Shown: positions 24,045 through 36,769, counted from the stretch's first letter. The stretch: 41,986 bases of DNA from Klebsormidium nitens (GCA_000708835.1 DF237460.1:1-41986); one strand, 5' to 3'. Notes: generated by a model from the letters alone, not told the origin. Numbers and translations are program-made.

Positions 24045-27000
24045 CTATCTTCTTTTCAGGAAAACCGGGAAATATAAATAGAAACCCTTTCTCCCGGGCT
24101 CACCTCCCGGGAAGTGCGTCCCCCGTAGGACGTCCACCGGGCGGCCGCGGGCGTTTAAGACGACGGAGCGCATCTCGGCGTTGCGGAAGCCGCGGGTCAG
24201 CTCCTTCACCATCTCGGGGGGCGCGCCCTCGGTGAGCGCGCGCAGCGTGAACTTGAGCCACTCACGGTGGGACACGACAGCCACATACTGCTCAGGCCTG
24301 GGAGCGAGGGAGGCGGGGCAAGCCGTTGAGTTCGCTCCGTCAGGAGTAGGTTCATTTTTGTTGGGCGGTAAAGCGGTTTCAGGTCTGCGTGCGAGCTGTG
24401 AATGCTCGAGACAACTCCCCATGACAGGCGAATGATTCCGGTGAACGCACCTCCACGTCAGTCGAGCAGACGCACTTCTCAGCCCCGCTCTACCAATACC
24501 GTCAAGTCGAATGACTCAAAAATGGAGGGAAATAGAACACACCAAGGAAGAAGGAGAAGAAGAATCATCCAGGCTCGCCTCACCGTTCCATGACCCAGTT
24601 CATGAACTCGAGCCCCCTCTTCGCGACGTCCGCCTCCTTTTCTCCCAGCAGATACTTGCTGCCGAACTCGTTGGCCGCGAGCGTTTTGACCTTGCTGGCC
24701 TCCCATGCCACGTCATCATCGCTGGTCACCCGCGAGAAGTCGACGCCCGGAAAGGTCTTGGAGGTGTCGGAGAGGTTCCGCCGCCGGTCGCACCGGTTCA
24801 TACCTGGTGAAAGGATAGTCAATGACGTCAGCGCGGGCAGGAGAATGATAAAAGTGAACTTCACGAGTAGAAATGTAGGTCGCAAGAAACCGTACTCCAG
24901 CCATAAAAGGGTTCAAGTTCTGAGGAAAGAAACATTCTAGTCCAGCCTGACGCAACTCCAACTTGAATGGACGCCACGAAAGTGCACATCAGCACGGATC
25001 GGAGCTTCTGCCGTATCTACACAAAACCAATCTTCTAAGTAGACCGACAAAGCTGACTAAACTCCACCGCAGGAGGAAATCAGAAGGTGATTACCGTCGC
25101 CACTAAGGTAAGCCAAGAAAGTCGGAGATTTTCAGAGCTTGGCAGATGCTTGCTCCAGCACCGCGACCTTTGAAGCGGATGCAACCTTCCCTCTGCAAAA
25201 GCTACTATGCCATTCACCAATGCAATGACATATTTGTTACATCATTCCAGTCTCACCGGATCACTGTCGAAAGCATCCAAGTAGGAAGCCTACCCCGAAA
25301 TGAGTGCTCCGGTCAACAACCGACTCTAAGCAACCAGACTCCAAGCAACCGACAGCCTACGAAAAGAAGGGACGAACGCTGCTTGAATGAGCACTCACTC
25401 ATCCGTTCCCGGCACCCCTCGTGTGCGATGAACGGCACCCCGGGGCGCTTGGCGATGGCCAGGTGGTGCGTCCGCTCATGATCGATGGGCACCGACTCTT
25501 GCATCAAGACAGGGTCGCCATCTGTTGCGGCGGGGCCGCCAAACACGGCGCACGCGGTCTCGAGTGTACGGGTCAAGGGGGACACAAATACCGCCTGCAG
25601 AATCGAGAATCAGTGTCACGTTCAGCACTGAGAGCAATGGCTCAAAAGACTAGGCTCTAAACGCTCTAACACGGGTACCGACTCTTGCATCAGGACCGGG
25701 TCGCCGTCTTTTGCAGCAGGGCCGCCGAACACGGCGCACGCGGTCTCAAGTGTGCGGGTTATGGGGGACACAAACACCGCCTGCAGATGGGCAGGAGATT
25801 TGCTGTCAGCAGTAGGAAGAAAGGCTCAAGAGCGTTGTTACTTCTATCGACCGATGCACTTGCCGGGCAGCAGATCGTGGTTCATGACGTCCTTTGTGCA
25901 GGAAAGTGTCAATGCAGCTTGTCCTTCGTCTCAAGACCACCTTGAACGTCTCCTCCGTGTTTTGTGACGTTTCTCCGAAGCTTGGCTGCAATTGTGGAGC
26001 CGGAACAGTTAGTGTAATATTGCTGTCAGCAAAGGCTCAAAACCGTGACCTTCGTTTGCCCTGACGGCATCCTGACACTTGAAGGTGGCAAAGCCATGGC
26101 AAGGTTTACGGTCAATGAGGTGAAGAGGATTCTCAATGCAGGTCCTCGAGAAGATGTGGGGATTAGAATAGACCTTTTTGAAGGTGGCGGTTCACATCGT
26201 GATTCACACTGAAAAAGGGCCCAATCCTGATTCAGGCGTTGCTTGCGAAGCATCTGGGCGACGCAGATCGCTGGCTGCAATGGCTGTCACAGTTCTTACG
26301 GGACACTTTTCAGAACGAGACCGTTTCTAGTTCAGTTGATGCTTTTGGTGCGAGCGCTGTGCTTCTCTGCTATGTAAGCCAAACAAGTGCCTCCAATTCT
26401 GCTTTATAGTATTTGAGCACAACGATCTTCGAGGCTCGTTGAAAGTAGCACGGATACATGCAATCTTTCTTCCAACACATGACATCTTGTCAGAATTAGC
26501 GGACCGCGCTCCAACACTTGAAGGCAGAATCTCTCTTTGTCAAGGCTCTCCCTTGCTTGCTCTTTGCCAGTGAGAGTTTCTTCCTCTTGGGGACCTCCCT
26601 TCTCAATCTTGCTTCTTACAGGATGTCGAGAGTGCATTATCAGAAAGAACATGGCAATAAAAGGAAGGCCGTCGGCAGGCACTTACCTGCAGGTCGAGGG
26701 GTCTGCTGAGCTTGTTGATGTGTTGCTGCAGTTTCGCGCCTTGCTCCCACCCGGCAGGGGTCAGGTGCGTGTCGTCCAACGACTCAAACCCGATGTTGTG
26801 GTACCCCTCGCCATGTCTCACAAAATGCACAATCTGCCAAATCGAAGGATTGCTTTGGTTGTACGACATGTGGTGATAGATCCTAAGGAAGGTAGCTAAG
26901 GGAATGCTCAATTGCACTTCCATATCTCGGGTCAAAGGAGTGCAGGGGTTTACTCTCTGGTACGGTGGATTCAGTGCTATTGCCGTTTCGTTGTGAGGGA

Positions 27001-27754
27001 ACGACAAAGTATTGCTGGAAGATTGTCGATGTCAACAGGTCAGAGCTGGCGTGGAAAACGGCTCAAGTGAAGATGTTGAGATTTGCCAGTAAGCTGAAGA
27101 AAATCACAACGTGCTCCGCTTTCAGAAACGAAACAATGGTTACAGAGAAGAGAAGGAGAAGATTCATGATGAACACAATCTCCAATGTTGGGCTAAATGG
27201 AATTTGATTCGGCTCGAGGTGGTGGTTTTGTCTAGACTCTCCTGTTGCGTCTCCATATCGACACTGTGAGATGGTTGACCAAGAATCTCTCGCTCATTAG
27301 GCGGTCCTCCTGGTTGATGATAAATTGGGGAATCCGGACCCTCAGAATATCCATTACATGTGCACGGGATCCGACAAACTCAAACGCGCACTGGCCTCAG
27401 TAGCGAAGTACGGCAGTAGTTTGACGATTCGTCAGATCAATGAAAAGAACAGTCAACCTGTCAAAACGCGCATGAAGAATAATATTTCCAAACAGGGGGA
27501 TTGACATAGCAGAAGGCAGCTGAAGCACGTCCAGACCAAAGTCGCTCTGATGAGAAAGGTCGAAAATGTGGAGCTACTAGAATCATGCAAGCAGACTGGT
27601 GGTGAGGCTTCTGGATATCGGGACTTCATATTCAGTCAGAGAGCCTTTCCACGGTCGATACAACGCACCTTGTATCTGTCACTGCTCCTCAGGGGTTCAG
27701 AGGCCGTCTCAGGATGTTTGTTGAGCGCAACGACATTTGACGCAATCTCATCCA
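24045..27754 (-). CDS. Histidine phosphatase superfamily (phosphoglycerate mutase-like) protein; first exon(s) not located
   Basis: Phase-compatible exons 27754-27669, 26833-26687, 25594-25399, 24803-24584, 24297-24045 (or ending at a GTGAGC donor near 24104). Motifs: IVHFVRHGEGYHN, FVSPLTRTLETA, CRERM..CDRRR, VAVVSH, FRNAEMRSVV. Confidence 0.88.
25673..25780 (-). repeat. Tandem duplicate of the 5' 108 nt of the PGM-like exon at 25594-25487, with its own acceptor
   Basis: AVFVSPITRTLETACAVFGGPAAKDGDPVLMQESVP vs AVFVSPLTRTLETACAVFGGPAATDGDPVLMQESVP. 13 nt differences. Preceded by ...CTGCAG acceptor. Confidence 0.9.
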
Positions 27755-29101
27755 CTGCAAATTGCAAAATGAATCTTTACATGCTTGAACCCGCTTCCAT
27801 CTTTTGAATGTACCACAATACTCTGGTCATCCATGCAAGTGGACCACCTGTGGGCTCTTAAGGCAATTCTTATATCAGGAGGAGGAGGAGGAGATTATGG
27901 TCGTTTAGGGGCCAAAAAGATGTCAATGGGCTGTGCTCATTTGTGAGTCTATTGCGACCAGTCAGGCACCAACACATGAAATGTTTTTTTAAAGTTTTTT
28001 TTCAGAACTCCCAACAAAATGCAAAAATTGTTCGAATATCGCCACCCTCTCCGCAAGATTACAAAGCGAAGAAACTTATGCAGAAGATAAGATGTTGTAT
28101 GACATTGGGACCCCGTCGTTGCTTCCTCTGTTGAGCAGCAGAAGTGAAAGACGAAGCATCAGAGTGAGAGATGACAACTTTGCAGCCCGCTAGAAGGTCA
28201 CTCTTCTTTTCACAAGAAAACGTCCTTAGTTTTGCTCCTGTTTGACGTGATCACTCAAAGGCGGCTGCACAGTTGGCCACCCCTACTGACTGCAAGCCCA
28301 GTTCTTTCTCCAAAGCATCATCAACCTTCCACGTTTTCGCGCTTCTTCCGCTGGGGATTTTCAAAGGACAGCCAGAGAAAAGCGAGTGTTCTACCTCAAA
28401 TCATTGCACACAACAACGTTGACACTCAGATCAATCGCATCAGACGATGCTCACCTAGGCCATATGACACTGGCTCCAGTGACGCCTCGTTCGCCATGCA
28501 TGCAGCAACGGCAGTCCTGTGTCTTGGGAAATTGAACTGTTTCCAACCCAATCAGCTAGCTATAGTGTGGCTAGCTGGCGTTCTAACTCAACACACCTGT
28601 TATAACAATCTCAGCATGCGCAACCGTGGGCGGCCCAAAACACACGCTTTTGCAACGTAGAAATGAAACACAGGATATTTGTAAGGTTGGTGCTACAACG
28701 CTCAGCACTTCTTTCTTGAACTCCTTAACCTTTGGCGCAAAGAACTTTATCTCTGGACGCCTGGTAATTGGTGTCGCTTCCTTCCCTCCTATTTCCCTTC
28801 AGCTCGTGAACGGATCAGGATGTTGATCAGCATGCAATGATGGTGCCAGCAGTTCACCCAAGACCTTGACCCTGCTCAAGGTGAATCTAAAAGTGGCTCA
28901 TGTCGTCATGGATCGACGAGGAAAGCGAAGGAAGATGATCCCCTTAGCAGCAAAGCCTTCAAAGTTCAGATGAAACTCATCGGCGGTTGCAATACCTAAT
29001 CCGACGTGCCAAATTCACTGTGGAAGAATATTCATGGGGGGCACAAGAAGCCTCCAAGTGGCAATGTCCTCATCCTGTTCGCAACCTTCTTTCCATACTT
29101 A

Positions 29102-29286
29102 TCGATTTCATGTTGACTAAGCGCATGTTGACTAAGGACGGTGCTCGGGGAAGAAACAAAACTAAAAACCTAAACCGTAGAAATGACACGCTCCACACCC
29201 GTACCCACCCTAACCCCCAAACCAACCCCACCCGTCCCCCGGGCCCTTCCCTTAGTCAACATGGCCCTTAGTCAACATGAAATCGA
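29102..29286. mobile_element. MITE (about 180 bp) with about 36-bp TIRs; core homologous to the 16956-17159 element
   Basis: TCGATTTCATGTTGACTAAGCGCATGTTGACTAAGG (29102-29137) vs the reverse complement of 29250-29286. Terminal TCGA is either a 4-bp TSD or part of the TIR. Core 29161-29237 matches 17019-17095 at 63/77 positions without gaps. Confidence 0.85.
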
Positions 29287-29738
29287 GACAACTCTTCTTT
29301 CCGAGTCCTTCACCCGGATCCGCTTCAAAGCAGGGTGAAAGATATTATCCATGGCAGCACCACTAGCTGCAGCCATGGACTTTGAAGGCCCTGTCAACAG
29401 TAGTGAAGGAACATCCATGAGATTGACGCCTTCTTTCAAGCTCAAGGCAGCACAGAGATGTCACTCGTCGACTTGGAAAGCGGAGCATGTGCAGCTTAAT
29501 GAAGTTCACAAAGTTGCACTTTCCTGTGTGCTTATACACCTAGGTCTTCTTTCTCAATGACCAGAAAGCTAGCCCAAGGAGGGCAACCAAGCTTTGTTTA
29601 TAAGATTGCACTCTATACTCTCTCAGTCATTGCCCCACTTTTGAATTCCTTTCTGTCTGAGCTACTGCTAGCCCAGGTTGGAGAAAAACAAGGGCTTGTG
29701 TGAAGGCATAGCCGTCAGATTCTTGCTATCAAGACGTC

Positions 29739-32700
29739 ATGACAGCGCCAGTCCTTGTTTCTTCTGTTGAAGAAGTCAACACAGAGACCCCAAAAAGTGA
29801 GTTTCGCACCAATGAGCTGCCCGCAGCCCCAACTTATAACGCCACCACAATGCAAGAAGCAACTGATCGAGCTTTTGTTCAAGAGAGTTCCAATCCAGAG
29901 CAAGATGCCAAGCCTGAACAAATACCAAATCACAACTCAGAGGTTACCGCCCTGCAAAATGGAGAAACCGAGACCCCCCTAGATACGTCAACAGGCCTCC
30001 CTCTGCGGCCAAGTTACCGAACACCAAAGACGGCGTCGGATCCGCCCGAGCTTCGAGTGTTGCACCATTTTGTGGAGAAGACTGGGAACATTCTGGCAAA
30101 TGGGTGGGTGCTCGGGAAAAAGCTGGGGTCAGGGGTGCAGGGGACGGTCTACTTGCTAGAGGACAAGGACGGGAAGGATGCAGGTGCGCCAGGGCACTCA
30201 ATGTGTGATAGCTGAAGCTGACTTAACGAGTTCTTGAATGCTCAACTTGACAGAGGGATCAGGTGCATGATGTTTGTGTTCTCCAATATGAAGCCGGCAG
30301 ATGGGCTTGAGCTGCGCTTGTTCAGACTAGCTGGGGATGCACCAGATAGCAGTTGCACATGGCACTCAATGTGCGATGATCCAGGCAAATGGTAGACCTT
30401 CCTCAATGCTTGAGAGAGGAATCAGGTGCATGATGAGCAGTCTCGGAGAAATGCTTGCTTGAATCTCTCAATTTGAAGCTACCAGATAATCCATGACTGT
30501 GATTGTGTAGACTATCTGAAATATGCATCTACCGAGTCACACCCTCAAGCGACTCTCAAGCAAGAACTAGGTTGAACAAAGACTTCAGACTTGACTTGGA
30601 CACGAGCCAACACGAAAGAGTCTTTTCCCTCTAAGACGTAAGCAAAACTTACTGATCGCTCTCATACGTTGTCCCAGGGCGGGTGTTCAAGCAAGTCAAC
30701 GTCCGCGCCGTTGCGCGAGTATCCGGGGCTCTCATTGGCATCGAACGGGAGTGGGCAATTGGGCGGGAATTGAACCTGCTGAATGAGGATGACGGCTTTC
30801 TTGAAGGGTTCATGCAAACGGGGTCAAAGGTGCTCAAGCCTGACGGCAGCTTTCTGGGAGTGGTTTTGGAGAAGCTGAATGGGAAGGATGTGAAGGATCG
30901 GCTGGATGATACGGGGTTCAACGACATTGACTACATCATGACGATGGTTATGCAGGTGAGCGGGGGTAAGTTTGGAACGGGTCACAATAGACTCGGTCAA
31001 TTCTTGTTGTGCCATCTGGCGCAGATTTGCGCATCGTGATGCTCCTAGCTCGCTCAGTTCTCCAGAACTTTGAGTGGCAGCCTGTTAATCTTCAGCTCAG
31101 CACTCCACTTCCCTTTAAGGGCGTGAAAGTTGGTTGCTTTGAGAGACGTTGAAACCTCAAACGAGAAAAGTGAAGCATTGCTCCGACAGGGGAGGAGATC
31201 GTTCAACTTGACCGGCATACAGAGAGTTCCCTGTGCAGCATCTTAAGCTATGTCCACTGCCATGGGCAGGTGTTGGGCGCCCTCGACAGAGCCCTCCTCA
31301 GGATTGGCTTTCAGCATCGGGACACAAATGCGCACAATGTAATGGAGCATTGGCTGGACGAAGAGCGGGCCGGGCCGGTGCACGATACTCCTCCCAAGTT
31401 CAAGGAAACGGAGCTCGGGAAGAAGTGAGCTGGAGGCACATCCAAAGAGCTTGTAGAAGATCCTTGTCGACTTCGGCCAGACGGGCCGAGTAAGAGGCAG
31501 ATTTCTTTCCAGTGCGCCATCATCTTCATGAGCTTTATGTGATGACAATCGGCAAAGCTGACTCCAGAGGAACCGCAAGAGTTTCTGGTAAAGTCCTTGG
31601 CACAAACTTGGATGAACGTAAAAGCCAAGATCTCCAGATTCCAGCGATTCCAGCAACCTTTGATGTAGGTTGAACCTGCGGGGGCTGCACTTCAAGCTCA
31701 TTGACTACGGCCACTCGTACACAAACAAGAACGACGCAATCGATCACCAGACGTGGCGCAAGGCGAGCCAAGTGAAGGAGCCCAAAGTTCCGTGTTACAG
31801 CACGGAGCACTTCTACAGGTGACCCTGGTCCGGGAGAGCATTTACTGTTTGCCAGCCTTCCTTAAGCCCAGTGGATCGATCAGAGGCAATTCTGCTGAGC
31901 GCTTACTCTCTACGTTGCTGATTTCATTTCAACTCATAAACGAGAACGTACAGATCTCGCACAGGACGTGCTCGGCTCTGGGCAGCTGCCTGAACGGCTG
32001 ATCCGTGACGTTTTCATTTGAGAGCTTCATACAGTGATCGCTAAAATTCCCTCCGGGACTCTCGTGCTGGTTACACCATTTCTCTTTCCTATGCCCGTCG
32101 TGCTTCCGATTAAGATACGCCTTGCTATTCATTCCTTTTGAGGAATTGCGAAGCTGGTACAGAATTCACACCCGCTCTGGCCTGGTCGAGATTGCAACTG
32201 GGAGGCGAGGCGTTTTCCTTAGGTGTGACGATCTTTCTGTGAAAAACTCGAACCAACATCCTAGGGCAGTTTTAGGGACTTTCGGTGGAGGCTCGACCAG
32301 TGTGACTTGGAAGAGTGCAAAGTGTGCCGAGGATCCTTACGAAGGGTGTCTTCCCTGACGGCTCGTCAAAGTGCTCACTTGGGAGGATCAACATCTGAGA
32401 CACTTCGAAGGGGTTCCAGATACAGTCAACTGTACGTGCACGTGCAAAGAACGAACTCGGTTTTAACCTCACCAATCTGACGGTTTCGACCAGAATGTTA
32501 TCGGGCGTCCTAGACTCGTCCGTAGCTTCTGTAATCCAAGTCTCAGAAGGCTCTTGATTGTGGTTTTCACGGGTCAGATGTTATTCTCAGCCGGCGCTCC
32601 AAACACTTGTAATTTTTGCCAGGCGCGTCTTTCACGGGCGGAGCGACGTGTGGCGCTTCATGCTGTCGCTGGGACGCGCGCTCGAGGGCCGCGTGTGGGA

Positions 32701-34538
32701 GCAGAAAGACGAGCGCAAAGTGCGCCTCCTCATGGAGACCATCCACTACACCACCGGTAGGGGTCGCTCGCCGCTTTAGTTTCACTTTCTCCTTTTTGGA
32801 ATTGCGGAGAGTTGCTGCACTTGTCAGCGGCCTCTCTTCTGCGAAGAGTCGCGCGCGCTGCATTTGTCAGCGGTCCTGTACTGAAAATGGAAGCACGGGT
32901 AGGGATGTTTCTCCGTTCTTGTTCTTCTTCTCCTCTTTACTCCGCGAAGAGATAAAAGATTCTCGTCAGCTATCGCATATTCGAACTGAGAACCGAGCCG
33001 AAAATCCCGTATCGCTCAAGTTCTCCTTCGTCTTTCTACATTGCAAAAAGTGATCGTGTAGAATTCGTGGGCCTGTGGTTGCGAAATAGAAACGGAGTGT
33101 GGGCATCGCTCGCCGCTCCGGCTTTTCTTCGAAAACTCTCGACCTGCGGTAATGTGTTCCTCGTCTGGGTTCATTGGATAAACACGGAACTGAAATTACG
33201 CATGTGCTTGGATGACGTTCGCCTGGTTCTGAGCGATCTGGATGGTGATGGTCGCGTTCTGGATCGCAAGCATGAGCTCGCTCGTCCCTCTAGTTTTGCG
33301 TTCATCTTTTCGAAATTCTTCGTAGACAACCAGTTTGGGCTCTAGTCGAAAGATTGAGGCAAGGATGGACATTGTTTGTCAGTCTAAAACTCTTTCACCG
33401 GCGGAACAATAGCTGGAACAAGCCTTGGGTTTCATCCTCATGGAGTGAAGGCACGGGCGAGGCGCTCTTGTCCTGTCGCTATCTCCGTCAGTGCAACCTG
33501 CAGAGAATCATTGCAGATTATTGGGCCTCTCATGTGGAAGTGGGGGCAAGAATAGACACCGCTCGTTCAATTCTTGGAGTTTCAATCAAAAGAGATTCCG
33601 TAAGATCTTCTCGGACCGCAAATCGCAAGTCCGGTGCTAGCCAGCGCTATCAATATGCAAAGAGCATGGGTTCTCTCGCGCCATTTACCCTTCCTTGAGG
33701 AATATCGTTTGACCTGGCAGTCAATAACACTGTACTTGACAGAAATTCCCCGAACCCTCCGCTGGTGCAGGCTACTCGCACAACGTCTACTTCGCGAGCG
33801 CTCCGGGGCAGCACAAGCAGGGCCTCTTCCGGCGACCAATGTCGGTCGGGGGTCCGTTGTACGGCCTGAAATGGGTCAGGATCATGTGAGCAAAGACCTC
33901 GTGTCCTGATTCAAGTTTCTCGGACTCACCCCGTTAAGTTCGACTCGGATTTCGTAATGAAGGCGCAGCTGCTCCCCTTTCGACTTGGCGGCTGGCGTAA
34001 CGCTTAATTGGGCCAATGAAAAGAAGGCCGGCTTTCCCAGTAGAGTTGCATCCCAAAGAGTTGCTGTATAATTGAAGTTTTCGTTCAGGACGTATTAAGC
34101 AAGGGAGAAGAAAGAAGAATAGAGAGAGGGAAAAGGACAGAGAGTGTAGGCGGGAGGAGGAGACAATCAATTTGTCGAACAACAAGGGGAAACTTTCAAG
34201 CTCGCAACCTCTTGTGAGGGCAGAGATTGGCCTGTTCGTCATGGTCAAACCGAACACGAACCTGGTTAAACGGTCCTCCCTTTGGCTTTTCGGCAGTAAG
34301 GGTCCAATTCATTCTACTAGCGTCGCTCATGGACGGCAGGCTTTGGTCAAGGGCCCTGATTGAGTGCGCAGCCCAATGATCGCCCAATGATTGGCCAGTG
34401 ATTGCCGCTGTTGTCCTGTCTTGCAGGTCACGTGCCTACTGCTGCCCGAGCCACCCCCTGACCACCCCCCGCGAGGCGCTCGACTTCATCGAGGAGGAGC
34501 GGATACGCGTCGGCCTCTCGGAGGAAGATATACCCTGA
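29739..34538 (+). CDS. Atypical protein kinase-like protein with acidic, disordered N-terminus
   Basis: Exons 29739-30183, 30678-30955, 31270-about 31377, 31457-31489 (tentative), 32591/32623-32756, 33771-33885, 34427-34538. Motifs: LGSGVQGTV (Gly loop), VFK, IEREW, HRDTNAHNVM, ILVDFG, GRSDVW. Splicing around the DFG is unresolved. Confidence 0.75.
30193..30435 (+). repeat. Imperfect direct repeat (about 80-bp unit, two copies) in kinase intron 1
   Basis: GGCACTCAATGTG(T/C)GAT at 30193 and 30361. ATCAGGTGCATGATG at 30258 and 30421. Confidence 0.7.
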
Positions 34539-36769
34539 CCGCTTCCGGGATCTCCGGTCGCTCGGGTCGTGGCCCCTGTGCTTGGAATCCTAAGCTGCCT
34601 GCGTATACTGGCTTATTGACCAACTTATAGGATTTTTTGACCTAGATATGCTGGCAAAATTGTCCAATAATAACATTTTTCAAGACTTGAAAGATTACAT
34701 AGACGATTCACAGGGAGTTCGGCCACCTTTTGTTATCAATTGGGGTCGCCACTCCGGCCGCTACGGAGTGGCCTGCAGAAAGGCTGTCGCCGCTTTGCGT
34801 TCGGCTTGTATTAATATAGACTTGTACAATATTATGTCAGACAAGAGGTTGTTGGATATGAGGTAGTGGTCCAGAAAAATTTGCGCAGAAAGTCGGGGTA
34901 CAATTTATACTTAGACAGACGGCTACCATGCGACCCTTCCGAAGTTCTACCCTACGAAGGAAAGTGGGTATAGCAATACAGTGACTGCTTGGTTTCATTG
35001 AGTTGGCATGCAGCGCTGAAGCAGGGTCAAACGCGCATGTGCCCTTGTCCAGTGAAACGAATCACAAACTTGTTTCCACGGTTAAAGCGCGGTGCGTCGG
35101 CGGGTTTTTGCTGCTTGCATGATTGCTGCATGAGACCGCTTGACGATCATGAACTCAGAACGGACTAAATTGCATGGACCGGGGCTATTCTCATGCGCGG
35201 ACCTATAGCCTGCCAGCGCAAACGTGAGTCTGAACAACACATCATAACAACCGTTGTTGAACAAGGCGGCGGCAGACGGTCTCGAGCAATGTAGCGGATA
35301 ACGTAGCTCTAGCCGGCTGCCTGTGTGCCTTTGCTCCGTGCCAGCTCAGCATGGCATGTGCGTCGATGGTTCTCAGAAACGATCGTACTGTACTAGCTAC
35401 TATGAGATCTATCATTCAATTCAGTCAGTCGCGGCTAGCGAGCTAGAGGTGTGCAAGATCGAAAGCTGCCCGCGCTAGCTGCGTGCAAGTGCGAGCATCC
35501 GTTTGTTATCATTGTCGTCTCTGCATGCTCTGACAGGCCCCGGCCATGTCAGAGGTCAGAAACGTCTAGCAAATCTATAAGACTGAAATTTATTAACGGA
35601 AAATCATAACGCGCGTTTCACAAAACCCGTTGGGCATGTGCAGAATCCAGTCGAATCCCTGGACATCTCCGAAAAACTTTCAGTTGTCTTTGCCGCTATC
35701 TTTTTGAGACGATTTTCGAAAATTGACTCCCAAACATCTACGGACACCTGTCTGTTCAATGCGTAACATGAGCGCAACGTCAAGCTAGACTGCGCCCTCT
35801 GCTTCGTGCCCTGGTGATAACTGCAAAGGTAAGAGGAAGCCTTGAGAACGTTGATCATGCAAGACCGCGCGCTTTCTTCTGCATATACAGGCTACAGTAT
35901 ATATAGCATGCGGAACTGCGGCGGGCACGTAAGTAGTCAGTCAGCTGTGACACGGAAGCAATTAAGCGTTTGGACCAGATAAAGAGCAGCGGCGGCCGGC
36001 ATAAGCCGCGCGTGGTCACGTAAGCATTTCCGACGTGCAATTACTGCAGGACAAGTACTGTACCGATCTACCGAAGCAGCTTGATCTTCTGCAGCACTTC
36101 TAGTGCAGCAACCATAAAAAACTTCGGCAGCTGGCGAATTGCGAGTACTAGGCTTATGGATCTCTCACGTCTCTGCAAGAAACAAGCCTGGCATTCAAGT
36201 TTGCCCAGACGCGGTGGTTCTTTGTAAACGTGCAAGCGAACGTTTAGCTCCTAATGAATCTTCCGGATAACCAGGTACCCGCAACCGTCTTCGGATAGTA
36301 CGTTATGTAGAGATTGGAAGTTCTGTCTTTCTGGCCCCATTGAGCTTATCAGAACATACAATATGGTCAAAATAATTTGAGCAGAGTCCCTATACTTCGC
36401 GGGTCTACGATATGGCAATCTCCAGCTTACCACGACATCTTCCAGTTGCCTCTAGGTGCGTTCCGTTGTATTTAAGCAGCCTAAGGCAGTACGTCGTCCC
36501 GTTTCATCTGCTTTATCGACTCTCGTTATAGTCCGAGCATTCACTGTCTTTATAGCCGACATTCCGACATTAACCATTAGAAAATACCAAGACGTAGGCA
36601 GACTGTCAAAATCAACGTACTAAGATTACTTCGAGCACAACCTACTGCCAATCAAAAGCTAGCACTACTAACACTACAACCCGCTACTGAGAAACACACC
36701 TCCACCAACGAGACCCTCTATCATACAACAATACGCTTCGAAGCTCCTCCAGCGACTCCAACCGGTGGG

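Noticed and set aside
28580-28810. About 70-codon open minus-strand stretch upstream of the PGM-like gene
   Set aside because: No start codon, no compatible splice sites and no recognisable motif.
34748-34772. 9-bp GC-rich stem-loop as a terminator or Helitron end
   Set aside because: Eukaryotic context, with no U-tract and no CTRR at the expected distance.
35893-36063. TACAGTA...TACTGTA as the ends of a small element
   Set aside because: Only 7 bp match and internal arms do not extend, so this is expected by chance.
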